DNA from: Pristiophorus japonicus
Taxonomy: Eukaryota
DNA: 64,000 bases
Assembly: GCF_044704955.1 (NCBI RefSeq)
Contig: NC_091985.1
Coordinates: 36,394,001 to 36,458,000, forward strand
Direction: 5' to 3'
The notes under the pieces are model-generated. The model was not told the origin of the DNA. It was given only the letters and a program-made list of their open reading frames with translations, and did no database searches. How positions within the stretch are numbered: the first letter of the stretch is position 1; every line of letters begins with the position of its first letter. Position numbers and translations under genes: made by a program. This document shows positions 1 through 12,800 of this stretch, piece by piece.

Positions 1-133
1 TGAAGCCCCTTCCTTCCTTCTATTCCTGGGCTGGTCTCAGGGCTCTGCAGGCAGGAGCTCAAGTTGATAGCTGCTTCCCTCACTGCTCACAGCTCCAACT
101 GAGCAGGACACGCCTCCACTGCTCTACCATTGG

Positions 134-855
134 TTCCTTGTGCTTGAAACTCAAAAAGTTAGTTTGCAGGTGCAACAGGTAATCAGGAAGGCGAATGGAA
201 TGTTGGCCTTCATTGCGAGAGGGATGGAGTACAAAAGCAAGGAGGTCCTTCTGCAACTGTATAGGGTATTGGTGAGGCCGCACCTGGAGTACTGCGTGAA
301 GTTTTGGTCACCTTACTTAAGGAAGGATATACTAGCTTTGGAGGGGTTACAGAGACGATTCACTCGGCTGATTCCGGAGATGAGGGGGTTACCTTATGAT
401 GATAGATTGAGTAGACTGGGTCTTTACTCGTTGGAGTTCAGAAGAATGAGGGGTGATCTTATAGAAACATTTAAAATAATGAAAAGGATAGACAAGATAG
501 AGACAGAGAGGTTGTTTCCACTGATCGGGGAGACTAGAACTAGGGGGCACAGCCTCAAAATACGGGGGAGCCAATTTAAAACCGAGTTGAGAAGGAATTT
601 CTTCTCCCAGAGGGTTGTGAATCTGTGGAATTCTCTGCCCAAGGAAGCAGTTGAGGCTCGCTCATTGAATGTATTCAAGTCACAGATAGATAGATTTTTA
701 ACCAATAAGGGAATTAAGGGTTATGGAGAGCGGGCGGGTAAGTGGAGTTGAGTCCACGGCCAGATCAGCCATGATCTTGTTGAATGGCAGAGCAGGCTCG
801 AGGGGCTAGATGGCCTACTCCTGTTCCTAATTCTTATGTTCTTATGTTCTTATGT
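134..855 (+). mobile_element. CR1 LINE, 5'-truncated 3' end
   Basis: RPHLEYCVxFWSP and TRGHSLK...RRNFFSQRVVNLWN; (TTCTTATG)n tail. Confidence 0.92.
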
Positions 856-3110
856 TAAAAGATTAGTAAAGACAAATGTAGGTCCCTTGCAGTCGGATTC
901 AGGTGAATTTATAATGGGGAACAAAGAAATGGCAGACCAATGGAACCAATACTTCGGTTCTGTCTTCACAAAGGAAGATACAAATCACCTTCCGAATGTA
1001 CTAGGGGACAGTGGGTCTAGTGAGAATGAGGAACTGAAAGATATCCTTATTAGGCGGGAAATTGTGTTTGGGAAATTGATGGGATGAAAGGTCGATAAAT
1101 CTCCGGGTCCTGATAGTCTGCATCCCAGAGTACTTAAGGAAGTGGCCCTAGAAATAGTGGATGCATTGGTGATCACTTTCCAACAATCTATCGACTCTGG
1201 ATCAGTTCCTATGGACTGGAGGGTAGCTAATGTAATGCCACTTTTTAAAAAAGGAGGGAGAGAGAAAGCGGGTAATTATAGACCGGTTAGCCTGACATCA
1301 GTAGTGGGGAAAATGTTGGAATCAATCACTAAGGATGAAATAGCAGCCTATTTGGAAAGCAGTGACAGGATCGGACCGAGTCAGCATGGATTTATGAAAG
1401 GGAAATCATGCTTGACGAATCTTCTGGAATTTTTTGAGGATGTAACTCGTAGAGTGGACAAGGGAGAACCAGTGGATGTGGTGTATTTGGACTTTCAAAA
1501 GGCTTTTGACAAGGTCCCACACAAAAGATTGGTGTACAAAATCAAAGCGCATGGTATTGGGGGTAATGTACTGACGTGGATAGAGAACTGTAGAGAACTG
1601 GTTGGCAGACAGGAAGCAGAGAGTCGGGATAAATGGGTCCTTTTCAGAATTGCAGGCAGTTACTAGTGGGGTGCCGCAGGGCTCAGTGCTGGGACCCCAG
1701 CTCTTTACAATATACATTAACGATTTGGATGAAGGAATAGAGTGTAATATCTCCAAGTTTGCGGATGACACTAAACTGGGTGGCGGTGTGAGCTGTGAGG
1801 AGGACGCTAAGAGGCTGCGGGGTGACTTGGACAGATTAGGCGAGTGGGCAAATACATGGCAGATATAGTATAATGTGGATAAATGTGAGGTTATCCATTT
1901 TGGGGGCAAAAACACAAAGGCAGAATATTACCTGAATGGCGGCAGACTAGAAAAAGTGGAGGTGCAACGAGACCTGGGTGTCATGGTTCATCAGTCACTG
2001 AAAGTGGCCATGCAGGTACAGCAGGCGGTAAAGAAGGCAAATGGTATGTTAGCCTTCATAGCTAGGGGATTTGAATATAGGAGCAGGGAGGTCTTACAGC
2101 AGTTGTACAGGGCCTTGGTGAGGCCTCACCTGGAATATTGTGTTCAGTTTTGGTCCTTTAGTCTGAGGAAGGACGTTCTTGCTATTGAGGGAGTGCAGCG
2201 AAGGTTCACCAGACTGATTCCAGGGATGGCTGGGCTGTCATATGAGGAGAGACTGGATCAACTGGGCCTTTATTCACTGGCGTTTAGAAGGATGAGAGGG
2301 GATCTCATAGAAAAATATAAGATTCTGACGGGACTGGACAGATTAGATGCGGGAAGAATGTTCTCGATGTTGGGGAAGTCCAGAGCCATAGAAACATAGA
2401 AACATAGAAAATAGGTGCAGGAGTAGGCCATTCGGCCCTTCTAGCCTGCACCGCCATTCAATGAGTTCATGGCTGAACATGCAACTTCAGTACCCCCTTC
2501 CTGCTTTCTCGCCATACCCCTTGATCCCCCTAGTAGTAAGGACTTCATCTAACTCCCTTTTGAATATATTTAGTGAATTGGCCTCAACAACTTTCTGTGG
2601 TAGAGAATTCCACAGGTTCACCACTCTCTGGGTGAAGAAGTTTCTCCTCATCTCGGTCCTAAATGGCTTACCCCTTATCCTTAGACTGTGACCCCTGGTT
2701 CTGGACTTCCCCAACATTGGGAACATTCTTCCTACATCTAACCTGTCTCAACCCGTCAGAATTTTAAACGTTTCTATGAGGTCCCCTCTCATTCTTCTAA
2801 ACTCCAGTGAACCAAGGGACATAGTCTTAGGATAAGGGGTAGGCCATTTAGGACTGAGATGAGGAGAAACTTCTTCACTCAGAGAGTTGTTGATCTGTGG
2901 AATTCCCTGCCGCAGAGAGTTGTTGATGCAAGTTCATTGGATATATTCAAGAGGGCATTAGATATGGCCCTTACGGTTAAGGGGATCAAGGGGTATGGAG
3001 AGAAAGCAGGAAAGGGGTACTGAAGGAATGATCAGCCATGATCTTATTGAATGGCAGTGCAGGCTTGAGGGGCCGAATGGCCTACTCCTGCACCTATTTT
3101 CTATGTTTCT
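856..3110 (+). mobile_element. CR1 LINE (degenerate RT), interrupted at 2387-2810
   Basis: [40 protein letters not shown]; TTTCTATG tail. Confidence 0.93.
2387..2810 (-). mobile_element. Short inverted CR1 3' fragment inserted in a CR1
   Basis: Begins with (CATAGAAA)n, the reverse tail; ORF 2487-2726 is a CR1 C-terminus. Confidence 0.92.
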
Positions 3111-4010
3111 CTGACGCTATCTCCAGAATGGGCTGAGTTAGCTGATCTCATTCAATGTGCAACAATCCTATTTGGCTCCCCTTGGGCTAAGGAGGGAAAA
3201 ATTGTCAATTGTTCCCACTCCTGATCATTATCCAGTAACCTATGATAGAAGTGAGCAGCAAGTCAACATTGTCTGAGGTTGAGATCGGACAAGGCAAACA
3301 TACTCACGGTGGTCAAATAGGCCACTGACACTAACAGTTGCACATAAAGGTTGTTCACTTGGGTTGGTTATTGGAGGGCATTGGCATTGGCACCTCAGTA
3401 AAACTCAATGCCCTTGAGGAAGAGTTAATAGAGTGTATCCGGGAAAGTTTCCTTAAACAGTACATTGCGGAACCAACCAGAGAGCAGGCTATCTTAGATC
3501 TGGTACTGTGTAATGAACAGGATTAGTAAATGATCTCATAGTAAAGGATCCTCTAGGAATGTGTAACCATAACATGGTTGAATTTCAAATTCAGTTGGAG
3601 GGTGAGGAAGCTGGTTCTCAAACCAATGCCCTAAGCTAAAATAAAGGAGACTACATCGGTTTGAGGGCTGAGTTGGCTAAAATGGACTGGGAAAATATAT
3701 TAAAGTATGGGACGGTTGATGAGCAGTGGCAGACATTTAAGGAGATATTTCATAACTCGCAACAAAAATATATCCCAATGAGAAGGAAAGACTGTAAGAG
3801 AAGGGACAACCATCCGTGGCTAACTAAGGAAATAAGGGATGGTATCAAATTGAAAACAAGGGCATAGAATTTGGCCAAGATTAGTGGGAGGCCAGAGGAT
3901 TGGGAAACTTTTAAAAAACAGCAAAGAACGACGAAAAAAATGATAGAGAGGGAAGAGGGATTATGAAAGTAAACTAGCATGAAATATAAAAACAGATAGT
4001 AAGAGTTTCT

Positions 4011-5898
4011 TATCAGTGGGTAACCTTTGGCATTGTTGTCAAATTCAGTTAATTTAAGGGTTAAGTCATGGCAGGAGAGCCCAGACCCGTGTCATGCTCC
4101 TCCTGCGCTATGTGGGAAATCAGGGACGCTTCCAGTGTCCCTGACTACTACGTGTGCAGGAAGTGTGTCCAGCTGCAGCTTCTGACAGACCACATTGCAG
4201 CACTGGAGCTGCGCATGGATTCACTCTGGAGCATCCGCAATGCTGAGGGTGTCGTGAATAGCACGTTTAGTGAGTTGGTCACACCGCAGGTAAAGGTTGT
4301 ACAGGCAGATAGGGAATGGGTGACCAGCAGGAAGAGCAGGAGAAGGAAGGTAGTGCTGGGGTCTCCTGCTGTCATCTCCCTCCAAAACAGATATACCAAT
4401 ATTATATAGACTCCAGATCATTTCCTATGGATTGGAGCTAATGTAACCCCACTTTTTAAAAAAGGAGGGAGAGCGAAAACAGGGAATTATAGACAGATTA
4501 GCCTGACATCGGTAGTGGGGAAAATGTTCGAATCAATTATTAAAGATGTAATAGCAGCACATTTGGAAAGCAGTGACAGGATCGATCCAAGTCAGCATGG
4601 ATTTATGAAAGGGAAAACATGCTTGACAAATCTTCTAGAATATTTTGAGGATGTAACTAGTAGAGTGGACAAGGGAGAACCAGTGGATGTGGTGTATTTG
4701 GACTTTCAAAAGGCTTTTGACAAGGTTCCACACAAGAGATTAGTGTGCAAAATTAAAGCACATGATATTGGGGATAATGTATTGACATGGATAGAGAACT
4801 GGTTGGCAGACAGGAAGCAAAGAGTAAGAATAAACGGGTCCTTTTCAGAATGGCAGGCAGTGACTAGTTGGTTACTGCAAGGTTCAGTGCTGAGACCCCA
4901 GCTATTTACAATATACATTAATGATTTAGATGAAGGAATTGAATGTAATATCTCCAAGTTTGCAGATGAGACTAAGCTGGGTGGCAGTGTGAGCTGTGAG
5001 GAGGATGCTAAGAGGCTGCAGGATGACCTGGACAGGTTAGGTGAGTGGGCAAATGCATGGCAAATGCACTATAATGTAGATAAATGTGAGATTATTCACT
5101 TTGGTGGCAAAAACAAGAAGGCAGAATATTATCTGAATGGTGACAGATTAGGAAAATGGAAGGTGCAATGAGATCTGGGTGTCATGGTACATCAGTCATT
5201 GAAAGTTGGCATGCAGGTACAGCAGGATGTGAAGAAGGCAAATGGCATGTTGGCCTTCATAGCGAGAGGATTTGAGTATAGGAGCAGGGATGTCTTACTG
5301 CAGATGTACAGGGCCTTGGTGAGGCCACACCTTGAATATTGTGCACAGTTTTGATCTCCTAATCTGAGGAAGGACATTCTTGCTATTGAGGGAGTGCAGC
5401 GGAGGTTCACCAGACTGATTTCCAGGATAGCAGGACTGACATATGAAGAAAGACTGGATCGACTAGGCTTATATTCACTGGAATTTAGAAGAATGAGAGG
5501 AGATCTCAAAGAAACATATAAAATTCCAATGGGATTGGACAGGTTAGATGCAAGAAGAATGTTCCCGATGTTGGGGAAGTCCAGAACCAGAGATCACAGT
5601 CTAAGGACAAGGGGTAAGCCATTTAGGACCGAGATGAGGAGAAACTTCTTCACTCAGAGAATTGTGAACCTGTGGAATTCTCTACCACAGAAAGTTGTTG
5701 AGGCCAGTTCGTTAGATATGTTCAAAAGGGAGTTAGATGTGACCCTTACAGCTCAATGGATCAAGGGGTATGGAGAGAAAGCAGGAATGGGGTACTGAAG
5801 TTGCATGATCAACCATGATGATATTGAATGGTAGTGCAGGCTCGAAGGGCCGAATGGCCTACTCCTGCACCTATTTTCTATGTTTCTATGTTTCTATG
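4011..5898 (+). mobile_element. CR1 insert: ORF1 N-terminal zinc finger/leucine zipper joined directly to RT and 3' end
   Basis: MAGEPRPVSCSSCAMWE...CRKCVQLQLL (4068), then RT from about 4400; (TTTCTATG)n tail. Confidence 0.85.
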
Positions 5899-6579
5899 AA
5901 AAGAGTGGCTAAAGTAAATGTTGGTCCCCCAGAGAATGAAACTGGAGAATTAATAATGGGGAACAGGGAAATGGCAGAGACGTTCAACAAATATTTTGTA
6001 TCGGTCTTCACAGTAGAAGACACTAAAAACATCCCAATAGTGGATAATCAAGGGGCTATAGGGAGGAAGGAACTTAATACAATTGCTATCACTAATGAAG
6101 TAGTACTCAGTAAAATAATGGGACAAATGGTGGACAAGTCCCCTGGACCTGATGGCTTACATCCTAGGATCTTAAAAGAAGTGGCTGCAGAGATAGTGGA
6201 TGCATTGGTTGTAATCTACCAAAATTCCCTGGATTCTGGGGCGGTCCCAATGGATTGGAAAACAGCAAATGTAACGCCCCTATTTAAAAAAGGAGGCAGT
6301 CAAAAAGCAGGAAACTATAGATCAGTTAGCCTAACATCTGTCGTTGGGAAAATGCTGGAGTCCATTGTCAAGGAAGCAGTAGCGGGACATTTGGAAAAAC
6401 ATAATTCAATCAAGCAGAGTCAGTATGGTTTTATGAAAGGGAAATCATGTTTGACAAATTTGCTGGAGTTCTTTGAGGATGTAACGAGCAGGGTGGATAA
6501 GGGGGAACGAGTGGATGTGGTGTATTTGGATTTCCAGAAGGCATTCAATAAGGTGCCACATAAAAGGTTACGGCACAAG

Positions 6580-7868
6580 GTAATTCTTGGATCCCCTGGT
6601 CATTCATAGTCGAGCAGGTGCAGACCGTGATCCTTACCAATGGATCCATTACAAACCCACTCCACGTCCGGACCGGGGTCAAGCAGGGCTGCGTCATCGT
6701 GTCAAACCTCTTCTCAATCTTCCTCACTGCCATGCTCCACCTCACACTCAACAAGCTCCCCGCTGGAGTGCAATTAAACTACAGAACCAGTGGGAACCTG
6801 TTTAACCTTTGTCGTCTCCAGGCCAGATGCAAGACCACTCCAGCCTCTGTCGTCGAGCTACAGTACGCAGACGACGCCTGCGTCTGCGCACATACAGAGG
6901 CTGAACTCAAGTCATAGTCAACATATTCACTGGGGCATATGAAAGCATGGTCCTTACACTAAACATCCGTAAGACAAAGGTCCTCCACCAACCTGTCCCC
7001 ACCGCATATCACTGCCCCCAGTCATCAAGATCCACAGTACGGCCCTGGACAACTTGGACCATTTCCAATATCTCGGGAGCCTCTTATCAACAAGAGCAGA
7101 CATTGTCAACGAGATTCAACACCGACTCCAGTACGTCAGTGAAACCTTCGGCCGCCTGAGGAAAAGAGTGTTCGAAGACTAGGCCCTCAAATCTGCCACC
7201 ATGCTCATAGTCTACAGGACTGTAGTAATGCCCGCCCTCCAGTATGGCTCAGCGACATGGACCCCATGTACAGCAGATACCTCAAGTCACTGGAGAAATA
7301 CCACCAACGATGTCTCCGCAAGATCCTACAAATCTTCTGGGAGGACAGACGCACCAACATTAGCGTCCTCGACAAGGCCAACATTCCCAGCATTGAAGCA
7401 CTGACCACACTTGATCAGCTCCGCTGGGCAGGCCACATTGTTCGCATGCCAGACACGAGACTCCCAAAGCAAGCGCTCTACTTGGAACTCCTTCACGGCA
7501 AACGAGCCAAAGGTGGGCAGCGGAAATGTTACAAGGGCACCCTCAAAGTCTCCCTGATAAAGTGCAACCTCCCCACTGACACCCGGGAGTCCCTGGTCAA
7601 AGACCGCCCTAAGTGGAGGAAGTGCATCCGGGAGGGTGCTGAGCACCTAAAGTCTCATCGCCGAGAGCATGCAGACATCAAGCACAGGCAGCAGAAAGAG
7701 TGTGCGGTAAACCAGTCCCACCCACCCTTTCCCTCAATGACTGACTGTCCCACCTGTGACAGGAACTGTGGTTCTCGTATTGGGCTGTTTAGTCACCTAA
7801 GGACTCATTTTTAGAGTGGAAGCAAGTATTCCTCGATTCCGAGGGACTGCCAATGATGATGATGATGA
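6580..7868 (+). mobile_element. RTE-clade (BovB-like) LINE, 5'-truncated
   Basis: GVKQGCV, ELQYADD, QLRWAGHIVRMPDTRLPKQ, C-terminal CPTC...HLRTH; (ATG)n tail; 21-bp diverged TSD at 6559-6579 and 7869-7889. Confidence 0.92.
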
Positions 7869-9827
7869 CATAAATGTTTACTGCACAAGATAAAAGTTCA
7901 CGGGATTGAGGGTTATATATTAGCATGGATAGAGGATTGGCTAACTAACAGAAAACAGAGAGTTGGGATAAATGGGTCATTGTCCGGTTGGCAAACAGTG
8001 ACGAGTGGGATGCCGCAGGGATCGGTGCTGGGTCCACAACTATTTACAATCTATATTAATGACTTGGATGAAGGGACCGTGTGTAATGTGGCTAAGTTTG
8101 CTGATGATACAAAGATGGGTGGGAAAGCAATTTGTGAAGAGGACACATAAAATCTGCAAAGGGATATAGACAGGCTAAGTGAGTGGGCAAAAATTTGGCA
8201 GATGGAGTATAATGTGCGAACATGTGAAGTTATCCACTTTGGCAGAAAAAATAGAAAAGCAAATTATAATTTAATGGAGAAAAATTGCAAAGTGCTGCAG
8301 TTCAGAGGGACCTGGGGGTCCTTGTGCATGAAACACAAAAAGTTAGTATGCAGGTACAGCAAGTAATCAGGAAGACAAATGGAATGTTGACCTTTCTTGC
8401 AAGGGGGATAGAGTATAAAAGCAGAGAAGTCCTGCTACAACTGTGCAGGATATTGGTGAGGCCATACCTAGAGTACTGCGTAAATTTTGGTCTCCGTATT
8501 TAAAGAAGGATATACTTGCATTGGAGGCTGTTCAGCGAAGGTTCAATAGGTTGATTCCGGAGATGAGGGGTGTAATGTATATAATGACTCGAAAGACTTG
8601 TTACTGTAAACTCACTCAAGTGCAAACCTGGTTCAACCTGGTGCGCACATGACATGATACTTGCTCTTATATACCAGGGCCCGCGCACATGCGCATAGAG
8701 CCCGATGACCTCCAACAGTGGTGCCCCCTGGTGTCTAGTGACCCTAAACATCAATACATAACAGCATCCCTTTCAAGATCTTAGTATCAATCCCTTTACA
8801 AATTAAGATGGTCTGAGGCTTTTCACTCATGAGTTGATCGTCACAGTTTAACTCCAATTCTGGGCGAGCATTCTGATTCAGTTATGACTGGAGGCTGAGT
8901 AACTGATCTGATGGGAGTGGTAATGACCCTATCAGAGACTGAAAGTCCAGATTCAGTAATGACAGCAGAGTCTTCTGATGAATGAACATTGGTTGGTTGG
9001 TCACTGACTGCAACTTGCTCAACCGGTTCCGGTTCATCCGTGTGCCGCAGTTTTATCTGATCAACATGTTTCCTGCATGTTTGCCCATTCTTGAGCACGA
9101 CAATAAATACTCCCTTACCCTCCTTGGCCGTAACAATACCAGCGATCCACTTTGGACCTTGACCATTATTCAGCACATGAACTGGATCGTTGACAGAAAT
9201 GTCACGTGACACAGCAGCACGATCATGATACCATTGCTGATTTTGACGTCTGTTTTCGACATGATCATTCAAATCAGGATGGACAAAAGAAAGCTTGGTC
9301 TTGAGACTTCTCTTCATCAGTAGTTCAGCAGGGGAGACCCCGGAAAGCGTGTGAGGTCTTGTCCTGTAACTAAGCAATATGACAAATGAGACTGCAGTGA
9401 ACCCTGAGTCACATGTTTCATGCTTTGCTTGATCGTTTGAACCGCATGCTCTGATTGACAATTAGACGCAGGTTTGAATGGAGCAGACCTTACATGTCTG
9501 ATACCATTGAGTTTCATGAACTCCTGAAACTCAATATTTGTGAAGCAAGATCCGTTATCGCGCACAACAATATCAAGCAAACCATGAGTAGCAAACATGG
9601 CACCAAGGCTCTCAATAGTAGCTGTGGACGTACTGGATGACATAATGATACACTTTATCCACTTTGAATATGTATCCACCACAACAAAAAACATCTTTCC
9701 CAGGAAAGAGCCCACAAAATCGATGTGTATGCTTGACCATGGTTTAGATGGCCATGACCAAAGACTCAGCGGAGATTCCGCTGGTACTTTACTTAGCTGC
9801 ATGCAGGTATTGCACTGATGCACACAA

Positions 9828-12800
9828 GGTTATATATGTAAACTTGTATTCACTCTGTACAGCCACCAGAGGGCTCATCTCCTGAAGTCCCAAGAGATCC
9901 CATAATCCCTTGGGAGCACAGGTATTTAAGGAGGCCTCACAGGTTGGAGAGGCACTCTGGAGACCTGCAATAAAAGACTACGGTCACACTTTACTTTGAG
10001 CTCACAGTGTTCAGTCTGACTCTTTCTCCATACATAACAACTGGCGACGAGATACAGATAGCGAACCCAAAGATGCAGAGAACAGTGGACATCCTGGAGA
10101 AATTCTCGGAGGGAGATGATTGGGAAACTTTTGTGGAGCGACTCGACCAATACTTCGTGGCCAACGTGCTAGATGGGGAAGAGAACGCTGCTAAACGCAG
10201 AGCAATCCTCCTCACTGTCTGTGGGGCTCCAACGTATGGTCTCATGAAGAATCTGTTCACTCCAGCGAAACCCACAGAGAAATCATACGACGATTTGCGC
10301 ACACTGGTCTGAGAGCATTTGAACCTGAAGGAAAGCGTTCTGATGGCGAGGTACCGGTTCTACATCTACAAAAGGTCTGAAGGCCAGGAAGTGGTGAGTT
10401 ATGTCACCGAGCTAAGACGCCTTGCAGGACATTGAGAATTTGAAGGACATTTGGAGCACATGCTCAGAGACTTTTTCGTACTTGGCATTGGCCATGAAAC
10501 CATACTTCGCAAACTTTTGACTGTAGAGACCCCAACCTTGAGTAAGGCCATAGCAATAGCTCAGGCGTTCATTGCCACCAGTGACAATACGAAACGAAAC
10601 AAGTGCTGCTACAAGTACTGTGAACAAAGTGATTGTTGTTTTCGAATCGTAACGTACAGGGCAGGTCACACATACCTGCAGCTGCACGTCAGCAGATGTC
10701 TCAGAGTCCACTATCAAGGGTGATGAATGCAAGGCCATTAACACCTTGTTGGCGCTGCAGGGGGTGATCATCGTATCCATTTATGATGATTCAAAGGGTA
10801 CGTTTGCAAGGGCTGTAGAACAATGGGACACCACCGAGTGTGCAGGCGAGCTGTTAAGCTGCAAACCACCATGTTACAGAGGAGCACAGATCCATGGAGG
10901 ATCACGACGAACCAGAGCCTCAGACCGAGGAGGCAGAGGTACATGGGGTGCACACATTCGCCACGAATTGTCCCCCGATAATCCTGAATGTGGAACTAAA
11001 TGGACTCCTGGTGTCAATGGAGCTAGGCATGGGTGTGAGCCAGTCCATCATGGGCAAAAAAACTTTTGAAAGATTGTGGCGCAACAAGGCCTCAAGGCCA
11101 GTCTTAACTCCAGTTGGCACGAAACTAAGAACTTACACAAAAGAACTGATTCCTGTAAACGGCAGTTCTACCATAAAGGTCTCCTATGATGGAGCGGTGC
11201 ACAAGCTACCACCCTGGGTGGTACCGGGCGATGATCCCACGCTGCTCGACAGGAGCTTGCTGGGAAAGATACACTGGAACTGGGACAACGTCCGAGCGCT
11301 ATCGCCCACTAACGACACTTCGTGTGCCCAGGTCTTAAAAAAATTTCCTTCGCTGTTCGAACCAGGCATCGGGAAATTCCAAGGAGCAAATGTGCAGATC
11401 CACCTAATTCCGGGGGTGCGACTCAGTAAGGCAAGAGCAGTACCGTGCATGATGAGAGAAAGGGTAGAGATCGAGCTAGGCCGGCTGCAAAGAGAGGGCA
11501 TCATTTCACTAATCGAGTTCAATGAGTGGGCCAGTCCTATTGTCCTAGTCCTCAAGGGAGACGGCACCTTCAGAATCTGTGACGATTACAAAGTAACTAT
11601 CAATCATTTCTCCCTGCAGGACCAATACCCACTACCAAAGACCGACGACTTCTTTGCAACGCTGGCGGGAGGAAAGACGTTCACGAAACTGGATCTGACT
11701 TCAGCCTACATGACGCAGGAACTGGAGGAATCATCGAAGGCCCTCACCTGCATCAACACACACAGAGGTCTTTTTGTGTATAACAGATGCCCGTTTGGAA
11801 TCCGATCGGCAGCGGCGATATTCCAGAGAAACATGGAAAGCTTACTGAGGTCAGTCCCGCACACCGTGGTCTTCCAGGACGACGTCTTGGTCACAGGTCG
11901 GAACACAGTCGAGCATATGCAGAACCTGGAGGAGGTTCTTAGTCGACTCAACCGCGTGGGGCTCAGGTAAAAACGCTTGAAGTGCGTTTTCTTGGTGCCT
12001 GAAGTGGAGTTCTTGGGAAGGAGGATTGCGGCGGACGGCATCAGGCCCACCAACACGAAGATGGAGGCAATCGCGAACGCACCAAGGCCACAGAACGTGA
12101 CGGAGCTGCAGTTGTTTCTGGGACTCCTGAACTACTTTGGTAACTTCTTACCAGGTCTCAGCACACTGTTAGAACCACTGCATGTCTTGCTACGAAAAGG
12201 GGACAAATGGGTTTGGGGCAAAAGCCAAGAAAATGCCTTTGTAAATGCGAGAAAATTGTTATGCTCAAACAAATTGCCTGTGTTGCATTAACCATGTAAG
12301 CGTTTGGTACTAGCATGTGATGCGTCGTCATATGGCGTCGGGTGTGTATTGCAACAAGCAAATGATTTTGGGAAACTGCAACCGGTTGCTTATGCATCCT
12401 GGAGTCTGTCTAAGGCTGAGAGAGCCTACAGCATGATTGAGAAAGAAGCGTTAGCGTGTGTCTATGGGGTAAAAAAAATGCATCAATACCTGTTTGGGCT
12501 AAAATTCGAATTGGAAATTGACCATAAGCCACTTATATCCCTGTTTTCCGAGAGTAAAGGGATAAATACCAATGCATCGGCCCGCATCCAGAGATGGGCG
12601 CTAACATTGTCCGCATACAACTACGCCATCCGCCACAGGCCAGGCACAGAAAACTGCACTGATGCTCTCAGTAGGCTGCCATTGCCCACCACGGAGGTGG
12701 AAATGGCATAGCCCGCAGATCTAGCCATGGTTATGGAAGCATTTGAGAGTGAGCAATCACCCGTCACTGCCTGGCAGATCAAAACCTGGACAAGCCAGGA

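Noticed and set aside
424-705. Recurrent antisense ORFs over CR1 copies (e.g. MRSPLILLNSS..., [11 protein letters not shown]...)
   Set aside because: Reverse-frame shadows of CR1 ORF2 that recur only because the repeat recurs
1581-1600. 10-bp tandem duplication TAGAGAACTG
   Set aside because: Ordinary slippage frameshift in a dead CR1
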